DNA of 40,466 nt, from IMG/VR virus record IMGVR_UViG_3300049730_000275, positions 1 to 40,466 of that record; one strand, given 5' to 3'. This document shows, in pieces, positions 16,220 to 25,351 of this stretch. The DNA comes from a virus. Lineage: Duplodnaviria; Caudoviricetes. The notes under the pieces were generated by a model. The model searched no databases. It was not told the DNA's origin and was given only the letters and a program-made list of their open reading frames with translations. The position numbers and the translations under genes are program-made. Each line of letters starts with the position of its first letter. Position 1 is the first letter of the stretch.

Positions 16220-16276
16220 TCAGCCGAACAGCAGCGCCGCCGCCGTCACGAACGCCAGGCACAACCAGGCGATCAC
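16220..16276 (-). CDS. 18-aa hydrophobic micro-peptide
   Basis: GGAGG RBS; GTG overlaps the upstream stop (GTGA); MIAWLCLAFVTAAALLFG. Confidence 0.5.
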   Translation of the reverse strand: MIAWLCLAFVTAAALLFG

Positions 16277-16476
16277 GGCGCCCGCCTCCACTGGTCGGCG
16301 GCGTGGTTCTGCTGCCGGTCGGCCAGGTGCGCCAGGGTGTCGATGAGCTTGGCGTTTTCGTCGCGGAGCGCCCGCATGTTGGCGCGGCATTCTCGCACGT
16401 GGAGCACCCAGCCGGTCAGGGCGATGGCGAGCGCTGCCGCCGTGCCGGTGAGATTGGCGAGCTGCTCGCCGGTCAT
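16273..16476 (-). CDS. Holin-like single-TM + coiled-coil protein
   Basis: GTAAALAIALTGWVLHV then RALRDENAKLIDTL; at the end of the tail operon. Confidence 0.6.
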   Translation of the reverse strand: MTGEQLANLTGTAAALAIALTGWVLHVRECRANMRALRDENAKLIDTLAHLADRQQNHAADQWRRAP

Positions 16477-16481
16477 GGCAC

Positions 16482-17510
16482 CTAGGCAATCTGCCGGACG
16501 CCAAACTGGCTGGCATTGAGGTCGGCGATGGTCCACGCCGCGGCGGTATCCGGATTGGTATCCCAGCGTTCGCTGGCCATGCCGTAGGCGACGCCGAGGC
16601 CCTGCGTCGCGCCGACGTGGTTGGTGCTTCCCGGCCGCGCAACGAGCGCGATACTCCCCGACCCGGCGGCGTCGTCGCGCGCCAGCGCCGTCGCCTGGAC
16701 CGCCTGGATCGTGCCGCTGAGGGTGAGGAGGTCGGCGAAGGTATAGGTATCGGTATTGCCGGCCGCCGCCGACGAGACGTAATCGGTATCGCCGTTGGGC
16801 GGCGCGTCGTCGACGCACTGGTAGTTGCTGCCGGCCGACGGCGTCCATGCCGTACTGGCTCCGGCGCCGTTGGGCACGATCTGCTCGACCCGGCAGTCGC
16901 CCGCAAAGTCGTTGTTGACGCTGCCGGTCGCATCGAAGATGTAGATATCGTCGTAGTCGTCGTTCGCGCCCGTAACGGCGACGCCGAAGTGGCCGAGCCG
17001 GACGACGCCCGCGTACGCCCCGGCGCCGTTCCGCGTGTCGACGCCGGTCAGGTTGAGGATGGTCGTGCCGTTCACCCGTACGACGACGACGCCGGCGGTG
17101 TCGTCGATCGTGCATTTCACCTCGATATAGGCCCAGGTGTTCGGCATCGGCGACCACGGCGTCGAGCTGAGTCCGGTACTCGGCGTCCCGCGCCAGGCGA
17201 AGAGGACGCCGGTATCGGTAGTAAGGGAGATACCGCAGTGCTGCGTGCCGCCGTCGTGGAAGGAGAGCAGCATCAACGGCGCGTTGGGCAGCGCAGAGAT
17301 ACGGAACGCGAAGCCGACGATCCAGGTCGCGAGCGGATCGCGGGTGAGCTGCATGGTGCCATTGGTGCTGCCGGTCGCGCGTCGGATGCCGTTGCCGTAG
17401 CGGCCGAACGACGGATCGATCGACAACCCGCCGCCGAGCGACGACCACTTGCCGGCGTAGTCCGCGATCGTTGTACTGCTCTCCCATCCCTCGATCAAGC
17501 GCGCGACCAT
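16482..17510 (-). CDS. Putative receptor-binding/tail protein (LamG-like beta-sandwich)
   Basis: NTWAYIEVKCTI..VVVRVNG..YDDIYIFD; C-terminal NPDTAAAWTIADLNASQFGV; late position. Confidence 0.75.
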   Translation of the reverse strand: MVARLIEGWESSTTIADYAGKWSSLGGGLSIDPSFGRYGNGIRRATGSTNGTMQLTRDPLATWIVGFAFRISALPNAPLMLLSFHDGGTQHCGISLTTDTGVLFAWRGTPSTGLSSTPWSPMPNTWAYIEVKCTIDDTAGVVVVRVNGTTILNLTGVDTRNGAGAYAGVVRLGHFGVAVTGANDDYDDIYIFDATGSVNNDFAGDCRVEQIVPNGAGASTAWTPSAGSNYQCVDDAPPNGDTDYVSSAAAGNTDTYTFADLLTLSGTIQAVQATALARDDAAGSGSIALVARPGSTNHVGATQGLGVAYGMASERWDTNPDTAAAWTIADLNASQFGVRQIA

Positions 17511-17554
17511 CGTTGGCGTGTCCTTCTGCCGTCTCGACTATCTCGGCTATCGGG

Positions 17555-17740
17555 CTACTCTAACCAGATGATCCACGCGCGCCGGCCCGGTAGCGGGCCG
17601 ATGACGAGGACGTCGACGACGAGCTGCGTCGTCCGGACCGCGGGCGCGGCGACCATCGCCTCGACGGCGAGCTGCGTCGTGCGGACCGCGCCGCTGGCGA
17701 CGAGCACCTCGACCGTAACCTGCGTCGTCCGGACCGCCAT
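17555..17740 (-). CDS. Small tail protein with three AVRTTQxxV(E/D) repeats
   Basis: AVRTTQVTVEV / AVRTTQLAVEA / AVRTTQLVVDV. Confidence 0.75.
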   Translation of the reverse strand: MAVRTTQVTVEVLVASGAVRTTQLAVEAMVAAPAVRTTQLVVDVLVIGPLPGRRAWIIWLE

Positions 17741-17746
17741 CGCCGG

Positions 17747-18259
17747 TCAGGCCGCCTGCCAGTGGAGGATCAGCGTGGCTCGGGTAATCCCGCTCACACT
17801 CTCGTTGACCAGTTGCAGCACGCAATTCGCCTCCAAGTCGACGTCCCATCCGGTCACCGGCTGGTCGGCCGCCTTGCGCGCGCTCGATAGGGTCGGCTTG
17901 CTGCCCCCGCAGATCGACGCGCCGGCCGCGAGGTCGCCGGCCGTGGCCGGGAAATCGGCCCACGTCGCGGCCTTCCGGACGTCGATCACCATCGAGCCGA
18001 CCTCCTTGGACACCAGCGACCACGCCGTGAGCGTGCGCGCGGCCGCCGGCATCTCGAATTCGACCGCGCTGCCGGTCGCCAGTACGGCGCCGCCGCGGTC
18101 GAGCACGATAGCCACGCCGACCGGCCGGTGCAGGTTGTGGACGTGGGCATCGAGCAGCAGCCGCACCGAGCGCAGCGCGACACCGGCCGCCTTGCGGTAG
18201 ACGTTGCGCCACATGCCGTCCAACCGGGCGGCGCCGGGGTCGTAGAGGTCGGTCGTCAT
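17747..18259 (-). CDS. Minor tail / tail-tip protein
   Basis: GSMVIDVRK..SKPTLSSARK..TGW pattern seen in fibre-tip domains; follows the hub gene. Confidence 0.7.
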   Translation of the reverse strand: MTTDLYDPGAARLDGMWRNVYRKAAGVALRSVRLLLDAHVHNLHRPVGVAIVLDRGGAVLATGSAVEFEMPAAARTLTAWSLVSKEVGSMVIDVRKAATWADFPATAGDLAAGASICGGSKPTLSSARKAADQPVTGWDVDLEANCVLQLVNESVSGITRATLILHWQAA

Positions 18260-18289
18260 CGGCTCACCATCGGCTCACCATCGGCTCAC
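18257..18289. repeat. Perfect 11-bp tandem repeat x3 in the translation initiation region
   Basis: catcggctcac at 18257, 18268 and 18279. Confidence 0.95.
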
Positions 18290-18304
18290 TGCCCGCTCGC
18301 GCGC

Positions 18305-19501
18305 TCACGTCCGGCGCGTCGCCGTCATGCGCTGGCGGAACGTCCCGCGCTCGTCGACCTCGACCTCCAGGTGTTGCAGCCAGTACCGCTCACCGGCGTC
18401 GATCCCCAGGCGTGGCGAGGTAAACGCGATGGTTTGCCCCGGCCCGAGCAGATCATCGCGCGGTGTGGCGACGCGCAGCGTGTCCAGGACGGCGTTGTTT
18501 TCGGCCAGCAGCAGGTTGGCCACTTGCTCGCACGACACCACGTCGCCGGTGTCGGCGATCAGCGCTTTCTCGATCATCAGCGACGAGAACGGCGACGCGC
18601 TCACCTGGCGGTAGCCGTCGGCGCTGACCGGCACGACGGACGGAATGTACGGCGACGCCAGTACGCCGACTGGCGCCTTGGCCGTGTACTGGTACGACCC
18701 GAGTCCCGAGTAGTGCGGCGCCCCGGTCACGACCACCCGGTTGGCGGCGCCGGACGGGTCGCGCTCGATACTGGCGCCGGGCAGGATATCGGTGCCCTCC
18801 ACGAACGAGAAATCGGCCGTGCCCGCCGGCTGCGTGGACAGCTTGATGCGGTACACCGTGCCGTCGAGCGACTCGAACGTGCGGTACCGCCCGCTGTAGT
18901 CGACCGGCACGCTGATGGCGTCGAGCTGCTCGATGTAGCTCAGACCGGTCTCGCCCTCGCGCCACCAGAACGGCGTCGGCGGCGTGAACGGCCCAAACGG
19001 GCTGGCGCCGATCGCGGCCAGGTCACGAAACCGGCTGCCGAGCAGATGGCCGGTGCCCAGGATGTTGCCGGCCGTGAAGGACACGCCGCACTGCGTCAGC
19101 ACCGCCTGGACCTGATCCTCGTCGGCCATGCCGGCGCCGGCGCCGCTCAGGTTGGTGCCGTTCGTCACCTCGTTCTTGACGAATTCGGCGAGGTACAGCT
19201 TGCCCTTGCAGATGAGCGTGCCCTGCTGCGGCCACAGGTCGTTCGAGAGCGGCACCACCCACCCCCGGAAGCGCGTCTCGACGGTGGCCGGCGTGGCGCC
19301 CATCTTGATCTCCACGTCCGACCAGTACTCGATGGGCAGGGCAGCCGGGTCGCTCGGGTAGCCGGTGCCACCGGCACGGAGGACGCGCGCCTCGGCGTAC
19401 CGCTGGTCGTACCCAAACGAGCACGTGGCGGCGCGCGCCCGCGCATCCAGCTCGCCGTCGATGTAGACCTCGAGCACCGGCTGGCGGACGGTGACGGCCA
19501 T
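18305..19501 (-). CDS. Baseplate hub / Tal-like protein
   Basis: Follows the Dit-like gene; ANRVVVTG and LLGPGQTIAF..YWLQHLEV motifs; GAGG RBS. Confidence 0.7.
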   Translation of the reverse strand: MAVTVRQPVLEVYIDGELDARARAATCSFGYDQRYAEARVLRAGGTGYPSDPAALPIEYWSDVEIKMGATPATVETRFRGWVVPLSNDLWPQQGTLICKGKLYLAEFVKNEVTNGTNLSGAGAGMADEDQVQAVLTQCGVSFTAGNILGTGHLLGSRFRDLAAIGASPFGPFTPPTPFWWREGETGLSYIEQLDAISVPVDYSGRYRTFESLDGTVYRIKLSTQPAGTADFSFVEGTDILPGASIERDPSGAANRVVVTGAPHYSGLGSYQYTAKAPVGVLASPYIPSVVPVSADGYRQVSASPFSSLMIEKALIADTGDVVSCEQVANLLLAENNAVLDTLRVATPRDDLLGPGQTIAFTSPRLGIDAGERYWLQHLEVEVDERGTFRQRMTATRRT

Positions 19502-19526
19502 CGTGGTCGCCTCTTCGCTCGCTCGC

Positions 19527-19874
19527 CTAGTCCAGCTTGAGGAAGCTGGCCCGACTCTCGGCCTGGCCGCTGGCGTAGAGGCGGGTTTGCGCGACCGGCG
19601 CCAGCAGGAGCGCGTCGCTGGTGCCCTCGGCCCATACGAGCGTCCCGGCCTGCCCGACCAGCGACTCGAGGGTGTCGTACTCGGCCGCCGTGTCGTGCAG
19701 CAGAGACAGGTCCCACCGGCGCGGCAGCCGGCCGCCCACGTCCACGAACACGGCGTCGCCGCCGGGAATGTGGGCGACCGTCGTTTCGGCGTCGCGCGAG
19801 CGCTCGCGCCGGTCGGGCGCGTCGAGCACCTGGAACGTGGCCACGGTGGCGCCGACGGTGAACGTGTCAGGCAC
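19527..19874 (-). CDS. Distal tail (Dit-like) protein
   Basis: VAHIPGGD..VDVGGR; located after the tape measure gene. Confidence 0.6.
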   Translation of the reverse strand: MPDTFTVGATVATFQVLDAPDRRERSRDAETTVAHIPGGDAVFVDVGGRLPRRWDLSLLHDTAAEYDTLESLVGQAGTLVWAEGTSDALLLAPVAQTRLYASGQAESRASFLKLD

Positions 19875-19919
19875 GGTCCGTGTCCCGGTCCGGCGCCGTG
19901 CCGGTGGAAATTGGGGGGC

Positions 19920-20399
19920 TTAGCCGGCCGTCTCGTGGCGGCAGCGATCGAGGATCGCCGCGAGGAGGTAGGCGAACTCCTCGCCGTTTTGGTGCCGCCG
20001 GCGCTCGAACTCGTCGAAGCGCATCCTGCCCTGCACCGCCTGCTGGGCGCATCGTGCCGCCGGCCCCGAGGTACCCCGAACAGTGCGGAAGAACGCCTCC
20101 ACGGCGATGGCATCGGTGGCTGTCCAGCCCGTGGCCGCGGCGCGCGTCGCCTCTATGGCCTGGACGGTGGCTGATGCATCGGCGAAGCGCTCCGCAATGG
20201 AAGGGGTGGGGGTCGGCGGCGGCGGCGGCGGCGATGCAAGCGGTTGGGCCGCCGGCAATGGCACGAGCGTTGGTTGCGCAGTCGACGGCGGCACCGGAGC
20301 AGTCCGCGCACAGGCGAGGCCGGCCGCGAGTATCCCCAGCGCAAGAACGGGAGCGAGCCATGGCCATAGCGGCCTGGGAGGCGTGAACCGATACTTCAT
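19920..20399 (-). CDS. Putative lipoprotein moron (possible superinfection exclusion)
   Basis: Basic N-terminus, hydrophobic helix, lipobox-like GLA-C, Pro/Thr linker; inserted between TMP and Dit. Confidence 0.6.
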   Translation of the reverse strand: MKYRFTPPRPLWPWLAPVLALGILAAGLACARTAPVPPSTAQPTLVPLPAAQPLASPPPPPPTPTPSIAERFADASATVQAIEATRAAATGWTATDAIAVEAFFRTVRGTSGPAARCAQQAVQGRMRFDEFERRRHQNGEEFAYLLAAILDRCRHETAG

Positions 20400-20483
20400 G
20401 GCCGGCATACGTGGCCGGCCGCCGGTGCGGCCGGCCACCCACCCGAATGGGCCATAGGGCGCCGCGATCTCCTGGAACGACGC

Positions 20484-22616
20484 TCATCGCCGTGCCCCGT
20501 GCAGCTCGGGATCGGCGCCCGGATCGGTGGCCGCCTCCGACGCGATGATGGCGGCGATCGCGTCGGCACCGGCGCCGGTCATCTCACTGGTGGCCGTGTA
20601 CGGCGGCGGCGGGAGCGGCCGGCGCGACGTGGTGGCCTGGCGCGCGCGCTGCCGGGCGATCCAGTCCGCGACGGCCTGCGCCGAGCCGGTCCCCCACGGC
20701 GTCTCCACGAACAGCGCGTCGGCGATGCCCTCGGCGACGGCGACGCCGATCTTGCCGCCGAGCGCGTTCAGCTGCGCCTTGCCGGTCGCGTCGTACCAGG
20801 CGTTGGCGCTGTCGGTGATCGAGGTCCACAGCCCGCCCTGGGTGATTTTCGCGTCCCACCCCCTGGCGATCGCGTCGGCCCACGCCTCGCCGGCCTGCCG
20901 GAACGGGTCCTGGCGCTTCTGGGCCTCCCGCACGGCGTCATCCGAGGCCTTGCCCACGGCCGGCGCGATCTTCTGCACGCCCTCCACCGCCGCGTCGATC
21001 TCGCCCTGGATCAGCTGCCACGCCCGGCGCTGCGCCTCGAGCGCGTCCGTCGTGTCCTGGGCCGCCTTGAGCTGCGCCTCGATCGGGGTGAGCGCGTCCT
21101 CTTGCGCGTCGCGGACCTCCTGGATGCGGTCCTCCAGCGTGGCGATGGCCGGCGCCTGCTGCTGCTCCAGGCGCAGCGCCTCGCGGCGCTGCTCCATCTC
21201 CTGCACCATCAGCGCGCCGATGCGCTCGCGCAGGTCGAGCGCCGGGTCGTTCGGGTCGACGTTGCCCACCATCTGGCGCGCGGCCTCGATTTGCGCGTCG
21301 AGGATCAGCCCCTCCTGGGTGGCCCGGTTGGCGGCCAGCGCCCGGTTGACGGTCTGCAGGTCGCGCGCCTGCTGCAGCGCGCGGAGCTGGCGCTCGAGGG
21401 GCCGGAGCTGCGCGTCGTAGCGGTCGCGCACGTCCTGGGCGCGGCGCTGCAGCTCGGCCGTGTGCTGGCCGGCGGCGAGGAGCGCGCGCTCCAGCGCCGC
21501 CACCGGCTGGTGGGTTTGCGCGGCCAGCGAGCGGAGCTTCTCCACGTCGCCGGCCGCGGCGCGCAGCGCCGTGTGCGCCGCCGGCAGCGTGAGCGCCTCC
21601 CTGAACCGCTCCACGGCCGGCGCCGCCTGTTTCGCCGCGTCGCCGGTGTCGGCAACCGCATCCGGGATGGCGGCCAGCGCCTCGCGCACCTGCGTGGCCA
21701 CGTCGGGCGCGAACCGGTCGAGCACGCCAAGCAGGGCGTTCTGGATGTGCGTCGCCAGCCGGCCGAACACGGCGCCGATGCGCGAGCCAATCAGCGACGC
21801 GACGTCGTAAAACTGCTCGCCGTACTTGGCGATGGCGTCGACCATGCGCCCCATCGCCTCGCTCACCCGGACGAAGATGCCCTCGCCGAGCCGGCGCTTG
21901 ATCTCGTCGAAGAACGACACGATCGTGGACTTGCGCCCCTCGAAGGTGTTGGCCAGCTGGTCGATCAACCGGCGGTCGGCGCCCAGCTCGGCGAGCGCCC
22001 GCCGGATGACCTCGATGGCCGGCACCCCCTCGGCACGCAGCCGGTTGATCGCCTCGCGGGAGAGGTCGAAGCGGTTGATCAGCGACTCGAAGTCGCCGCC
22101 CAACGCCTCGCGGATGGCCACGGCGGCGCCCTCCAGCCCCTGGGCCGGGTTGAGCGCGGCCAGGATCTCGGCCGTCTTGATCAGGTCCATCAGCGCGTCC
22201 TGTGAGCCCCGCGCGCTGCTGATCAGCGCCTGGCCGGCAGCGATCATCTCGGCCGTGTCGAACGGCGTGACGTCCGCCTCGCGGCGCAGCGCCTCCACGA
22301 TGTCGGCCGCCGCGCCGGCCGAGCGGGTGAACGCCGTGAACCGCGCCGTGGCCTGCTCCAGCCGGCTGTTGGCGCCGAAGATCGCCTCGCCGACGCCACC
22401 GGCGACCGACATCACGCCGGCCATGGCCGCCTGAACGGCGCCGAACCCGGTGGCGATGCCGGCGCCGAGCTTGAGCGCGCCGAAGGCGTCGAGCTGTTTC
22501 TGAGTCTGGGCCGTCGTGGCGCCGAGGTCGCGCAGTGCGCCCTGGAGTTGCCGCACGCTTCGCTGAGCTGAGGCACTCGACCCAGAAATTTGGAGCGCGA
22601 GCTGGAGATCCGCCAC
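20484..22616 (-). CDS. Tape measure protein
   Basis: 710 aa, Ala-rich and helical; ADVTPFDT motif; directly after the chaperone genes. Confidence 0.9.
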   Translation of the reverse strand: MADLQLALQISGSSASAQRSVRQLQGALRDLGATTAQTQKQLDAFGALKLGAGIATGFGAVQAAMAGVMSVAGGVGEAIFGANSRLEQATARFTAFTRSAGAAADIVEALRREADVTPFDTAEMIAAGQALISSARGSQDALMDLIKTAEILAALNPAQGLEGAAVAIREALGGDFESLINRFDLSREAINRLRAEGVPAIEVIRRALAELGADRRLIDQLANTFEGRKSTIVSFFDEIKRRLGEGIFVRVSEAMGRMVDAIAKYGEQFYDVASLIGSRIGAVFGRLATHIQNALLGVLDRFAPDVATQVREALAAIPDAVADTGDAAKQAAPAVERFREALTLPAAHTALRAAAGDVEKLRSLAAQTHQPVAALERALLAAGQHTAELQRRAQDVRDRYDAQLRPLERQLRALQQARDLQTVNRALAANRATQEGLILDAQIEAARQMVGNVDPNDPALDLRERIGALMVQEMEQRREALRLEQQQAPAIATLEDRIQEVRDAQEDALTPIEAQLKAAQDTTDALEAQRRAWQLIQGEIDAAVEGVQKIAPAVGKASDDAVREAQKRQDPFRQAGEAWADAIARGWDAKITQGGLWTSITDSANAWYDATGKAQLNALGGKIGVAVAEGIADALFVETPWGTGSAQAVADWIARQRARQATTSRRPLPPPPYTATSEMTGAGADAIAAIIASEAATDPGADPELHGARR

Positions 22617-22632
22617 CGTGTATCCTACGGTC

Positions 22633-23297
22633 TCACCGCCGGCCCTCGCGTTCGGCCCGCCACGCCGCCGCCTCGCCCTCGATGGCCATCAGCTTGAGCG
22701 CCAACGCGACCTCACTTGCGGGTGCCTCGTCGACCTGCCATGGCGCAACATGCCACTCGGCAGCCAACTGCTTACGCACGAACAGCCAGGGCACCGGCAA
22801 CCCGACGCGCTGCGACGCGCGCAGCCAGATTCTCAAGTCTCGTTCTTCGCGCTCAGGCGAAAATTTGGCAGGTTGGTCGGCTCCTGGTCGACCAGCCGGA
22901 TGAGGGCGATGGCGCAGTCGAGCGGGATGGCCTGCCAGAACGCCGGATCGCCCGGCAGGGGCAGCTCGCTGCCGTCGAAATCGCGCCACGGGCCGGCGTC
23001 CTCGCCGTCCACGATGAGCCGGTGGCGCAGCACGACCTCGCCGAGCGCGTGGGCGACGTCGTCGCCGAACACGTCGCCGGTGCGGATGCGCTCGCGCAAG
23101 CGTTGGGGGTAGTTCACCCACAGCTCGACCTCGTAGGTGACGCTCGGCGCGTCGGTATCGGTCGCGCTCTGGACAAAGTCATAATCGGGGACTCTTACCC
23201 ACCTGGTCTTGCGGACGAAGGCGTACACGGCCGCTGGCGTGGCCACGTGCCCGTTCAGGCTCGACGCTGCCGGTTTGCGCGTGCGTGTCTGGGCCAT
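22633..23297 (-). CDS. Tail assembly chaperone G (22833-23297) and G-T fusion via programmed -1 frameshift
   Basis: Slippery A AAT TTT at 22866->22860 near the end of G. The -1 frame reads KFSPEREER...LAAEWHVAPWQVDEAP to a stop at 22633. Confidence 0.85.
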
Positions 23298-23320
23298 ACG
23301 TCGTGCTCCAGGCGTGCCAG

Positions 23321-24331
23321 CTAGGCCGCCCATGCTGTGGTGCGGGCGTTCTTACAAGCCACCTGGACGCCATACCCCAAGGAACTGCTGTACAAGTACG
23401 TCCCACGCAGCTCGTACACACGGGTGCCATCGGCCGACTGCCCGAGGTCGAACGCCGTCCAGTACAGCGGAAGCACGAGCACCACCTCGGCGTTCTGGCC
23501 GGTTTCGATCTCCTGGGTGCCGAACACGATGGTCACCAGCCGCGGCGTCGGCGCGATCCAGTTGGCGAATTCGGCGGCCACCACGGCATCAGACGCCTCG
23601 ACGGTGAGCGTCGACTCACACGTGAGCTCGCCGACGGTGATGGCGCACGCCTGTTGCGAGGCGTGCGCGCCGTACTTGCGCCCCAGGTTGTTGCCGATGG
23701 TCACGTCCCACGACAGCAGCACGCACGGCTCTTCGGTGGTCCTGGCCGGCCCCTCGATGTCGTCGATGTAGAAACTGGTCTCCCACCCGGAGATGAAGTC
23801 GGGCGTGCGGTCGGCGAGCGCCGGGGTGAGCGTTTCCAGCTCCAGCGCCGTGCCGAACAGCTCGCAGGTCACGATGTGCTCGCCGTTGGCCGCGCCGGCA
23901 AACCGGATGGTGTTGCCGTAGCAGCCGTGCTCGGCCCACGCACGGGCGCCGTCGTGCCATTCGATGGTGGCGCTGTCGAGCGCGGTCGATCCGCCGGCGC
24001 CGCTCGGCTCGAATTCCCACAGGCGGGCCAGCGTGGCACCGCCCGGCGTGCTCGGCGTCACGCCACCCCGTACCGACATCAGCAACGGCTCGATAATCTC
24101 GCTCGAGGACATGGGCAGCGACACCGTGCCGCCGGCGACTTGCGGCCCGAGGGTGAACCCGCGCACGTTGTCGCGCGTGCCGGTGGCGAAGCGGTACGGC
24201 CGCGGCTCGTGCTCCCGACTGAGCCGCGAGTCCTCGGTGCGGAAGTACATAACGCGGGTTGCCGGCGTATCGCTACCGTACACGCTTTCGTGTGCTATCT
24301 GGAATTTTGCTTGCCACAGCTCGCCGCTCAA
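23321..24331 (-). CDS. Major tail tube protein
   Basis: AGGAGGAGG RBS and TTG start; HESVYG, GGTVSLP, WDVTIGNNL motifs; position before the chaperones. Confidence 0.85.
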   Translation of the reverse strand: MSGELWQAKFQIAHESVYGSDTPATRVMYFRTEDSRLSREHEPRPYRFATGTRDNVRGFTLGPQVAGGTVSLPMSSSEIIEPLLMSVRGGVTPSTPGGATLARLWEFEPSGAGGSTALDSATIEWHDGARAWAEHGCYGNTIRFAGAANGEHIVTCELFGTALELETLTPALADRTPDFISGWETSFYIDDIEGPARTTEEPCVLLSWDVTIGNNLGRKYGAHASQQACAITVGELTCESTLTVEASDAVVAAEFANWIAPTPRLVTIVFGTQEIETGQNAEVVLVLPLYWTAFDLGQSADGTRVYELRGTYLYSSSLGYGVQVACKNARTTAWAA

Positions 24332-24355
24332 CGCCGGATACCTCCTCCTGTATGG

Positions 24356-24814
24356 CTAGGCCGCGAAGTTGCCGGCGAGGTCACACCGGACCTCGCCGGC
24401 TACGACGAGCCCGTAGTAATTTTGCTCCGCGTATTCCAGCACGCCCATCCGCCAGCTCGTGACGCGGCAATCACGACACGCGCCGTGCATCGTCTTGTGC
24501 CCGTTGACCAGCCGGCGCAGCGCGTCCTTGATCGGCAGCAGTTGGGTGCGCGCCCGCAGCGCGTCGGTCTGGTCGCTGAACACGTAGACCTCGAACACGT
24601 CGATCTCGTGCTGGCGCTGCGTCTCGACCATTCCCCAGCCGGGTTCCTCCCAACTCCCCGTGGCGGCCGAATTGACGACCGCCGGCAGCGCGGCCAGGTT
24701 CTCCGGCGGGTGGTCGTAGATGGCGCGCACCCCCTCGATGCCCACCGCGCGCTCGACCTGCGCCAGCGCCGCGAGGAACGCCTCGAGCCGGGAGGTAGGG
24801 AGCACAACGGCCAC
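24356..24814 (-). CDS. Tail terminator-like protein
   Basis: TAGTG-coupled; IYDHPPENL..LPAVV; position before the tube gene. Confidence 0.65.
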   Translation of the reverse strand: MAVVLPTSRLEAFLAALAQVERAVGIEGVRAIYDHPPENLAALPAVVNSAATGSWEEPGWGMVETQRQHEIDVFEVYVFSDQTDALRARTQLLPIKDALRRLVNGHKTMHGACRDCRVTSWRMGVLEYAEQNYYGLVVAGEVRCDLAGNFAA

Positions 24815-25344
24815 TACGCGCCGCCCTCCGTGGCCCCAGCGCCCGACGCGCCGCCAGCGGACCCGGCGGACCAGGCGGCCTGGATCTCCCGCGCGGCGCC
24901 GTTGAGCAACTTCCGGAACTGCCCGCGCAGCCAGGTCCGGGCACCCGACAGCCAACCCCGCGTCGGCCGGCCCTTCATGGGTCCCGAGCGGTAGTGGAAC
25001 CGTGGCCCGCCCTCGAGCGCGCCGGGGTAGCGGAACCCGTCGCGGGTGGGCATCGGCCGGCCGCGGCGCGGGTAGCCGATGGCCACGAAGCGCGGGACGG
25101 GGCGGTCGTCGAGCACGTGGGTGACGGCGTTGGCCAACGATCCGCGCCGGCGCGGCGCCCGCGCCCGGACGTACGCCTGCCCCAGCTTGCCGATGTCGGC
25201 GAACGCCCGATGCACGGCCGGCGCGTAGAACGGGTTGGCCGGATCGAGCTTGGCCATGGCGGCGCCCAACCCGCGGACCTGGATGCGGTAGCTACCCCGT
25301 CCGATCGACCCGCTCGCGGTTCCGGCGGCGCGTTCCTGGCTCAT
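24814..25344 (-). CDS. Neck / tail-completion protein (HK97 gp10-like)
   Basis: IQVRGL..ARAPRRRGSLANAV..YPGALEGG. Confidence 0.7.
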   Translation of the reverse strand: MSQERAAGTASGSIGRGSYRIQVRGLGAAMAKLDPANPFYAPAVHRAFADIGKLGQAYVRARAPRRRGSLANAVTHVLDDRPVPRFVAIGYPRRGRPMPTRDGFRYPGALEGGPRFHYRSGPMKGRPTRGWLSGARTWLRGQFRKLLNGAAREIQAAWSAGSAGGASGAGATEGGA

Positions 25345-25351
25345 CCGTGGC

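Noticed and set aside
15970-16220. tRNA or tmRNA fragment at attP
   Set aside because: No T-loop or acceptor-stem pattern seen on either strand; only a small hairpin at 16142-16165.
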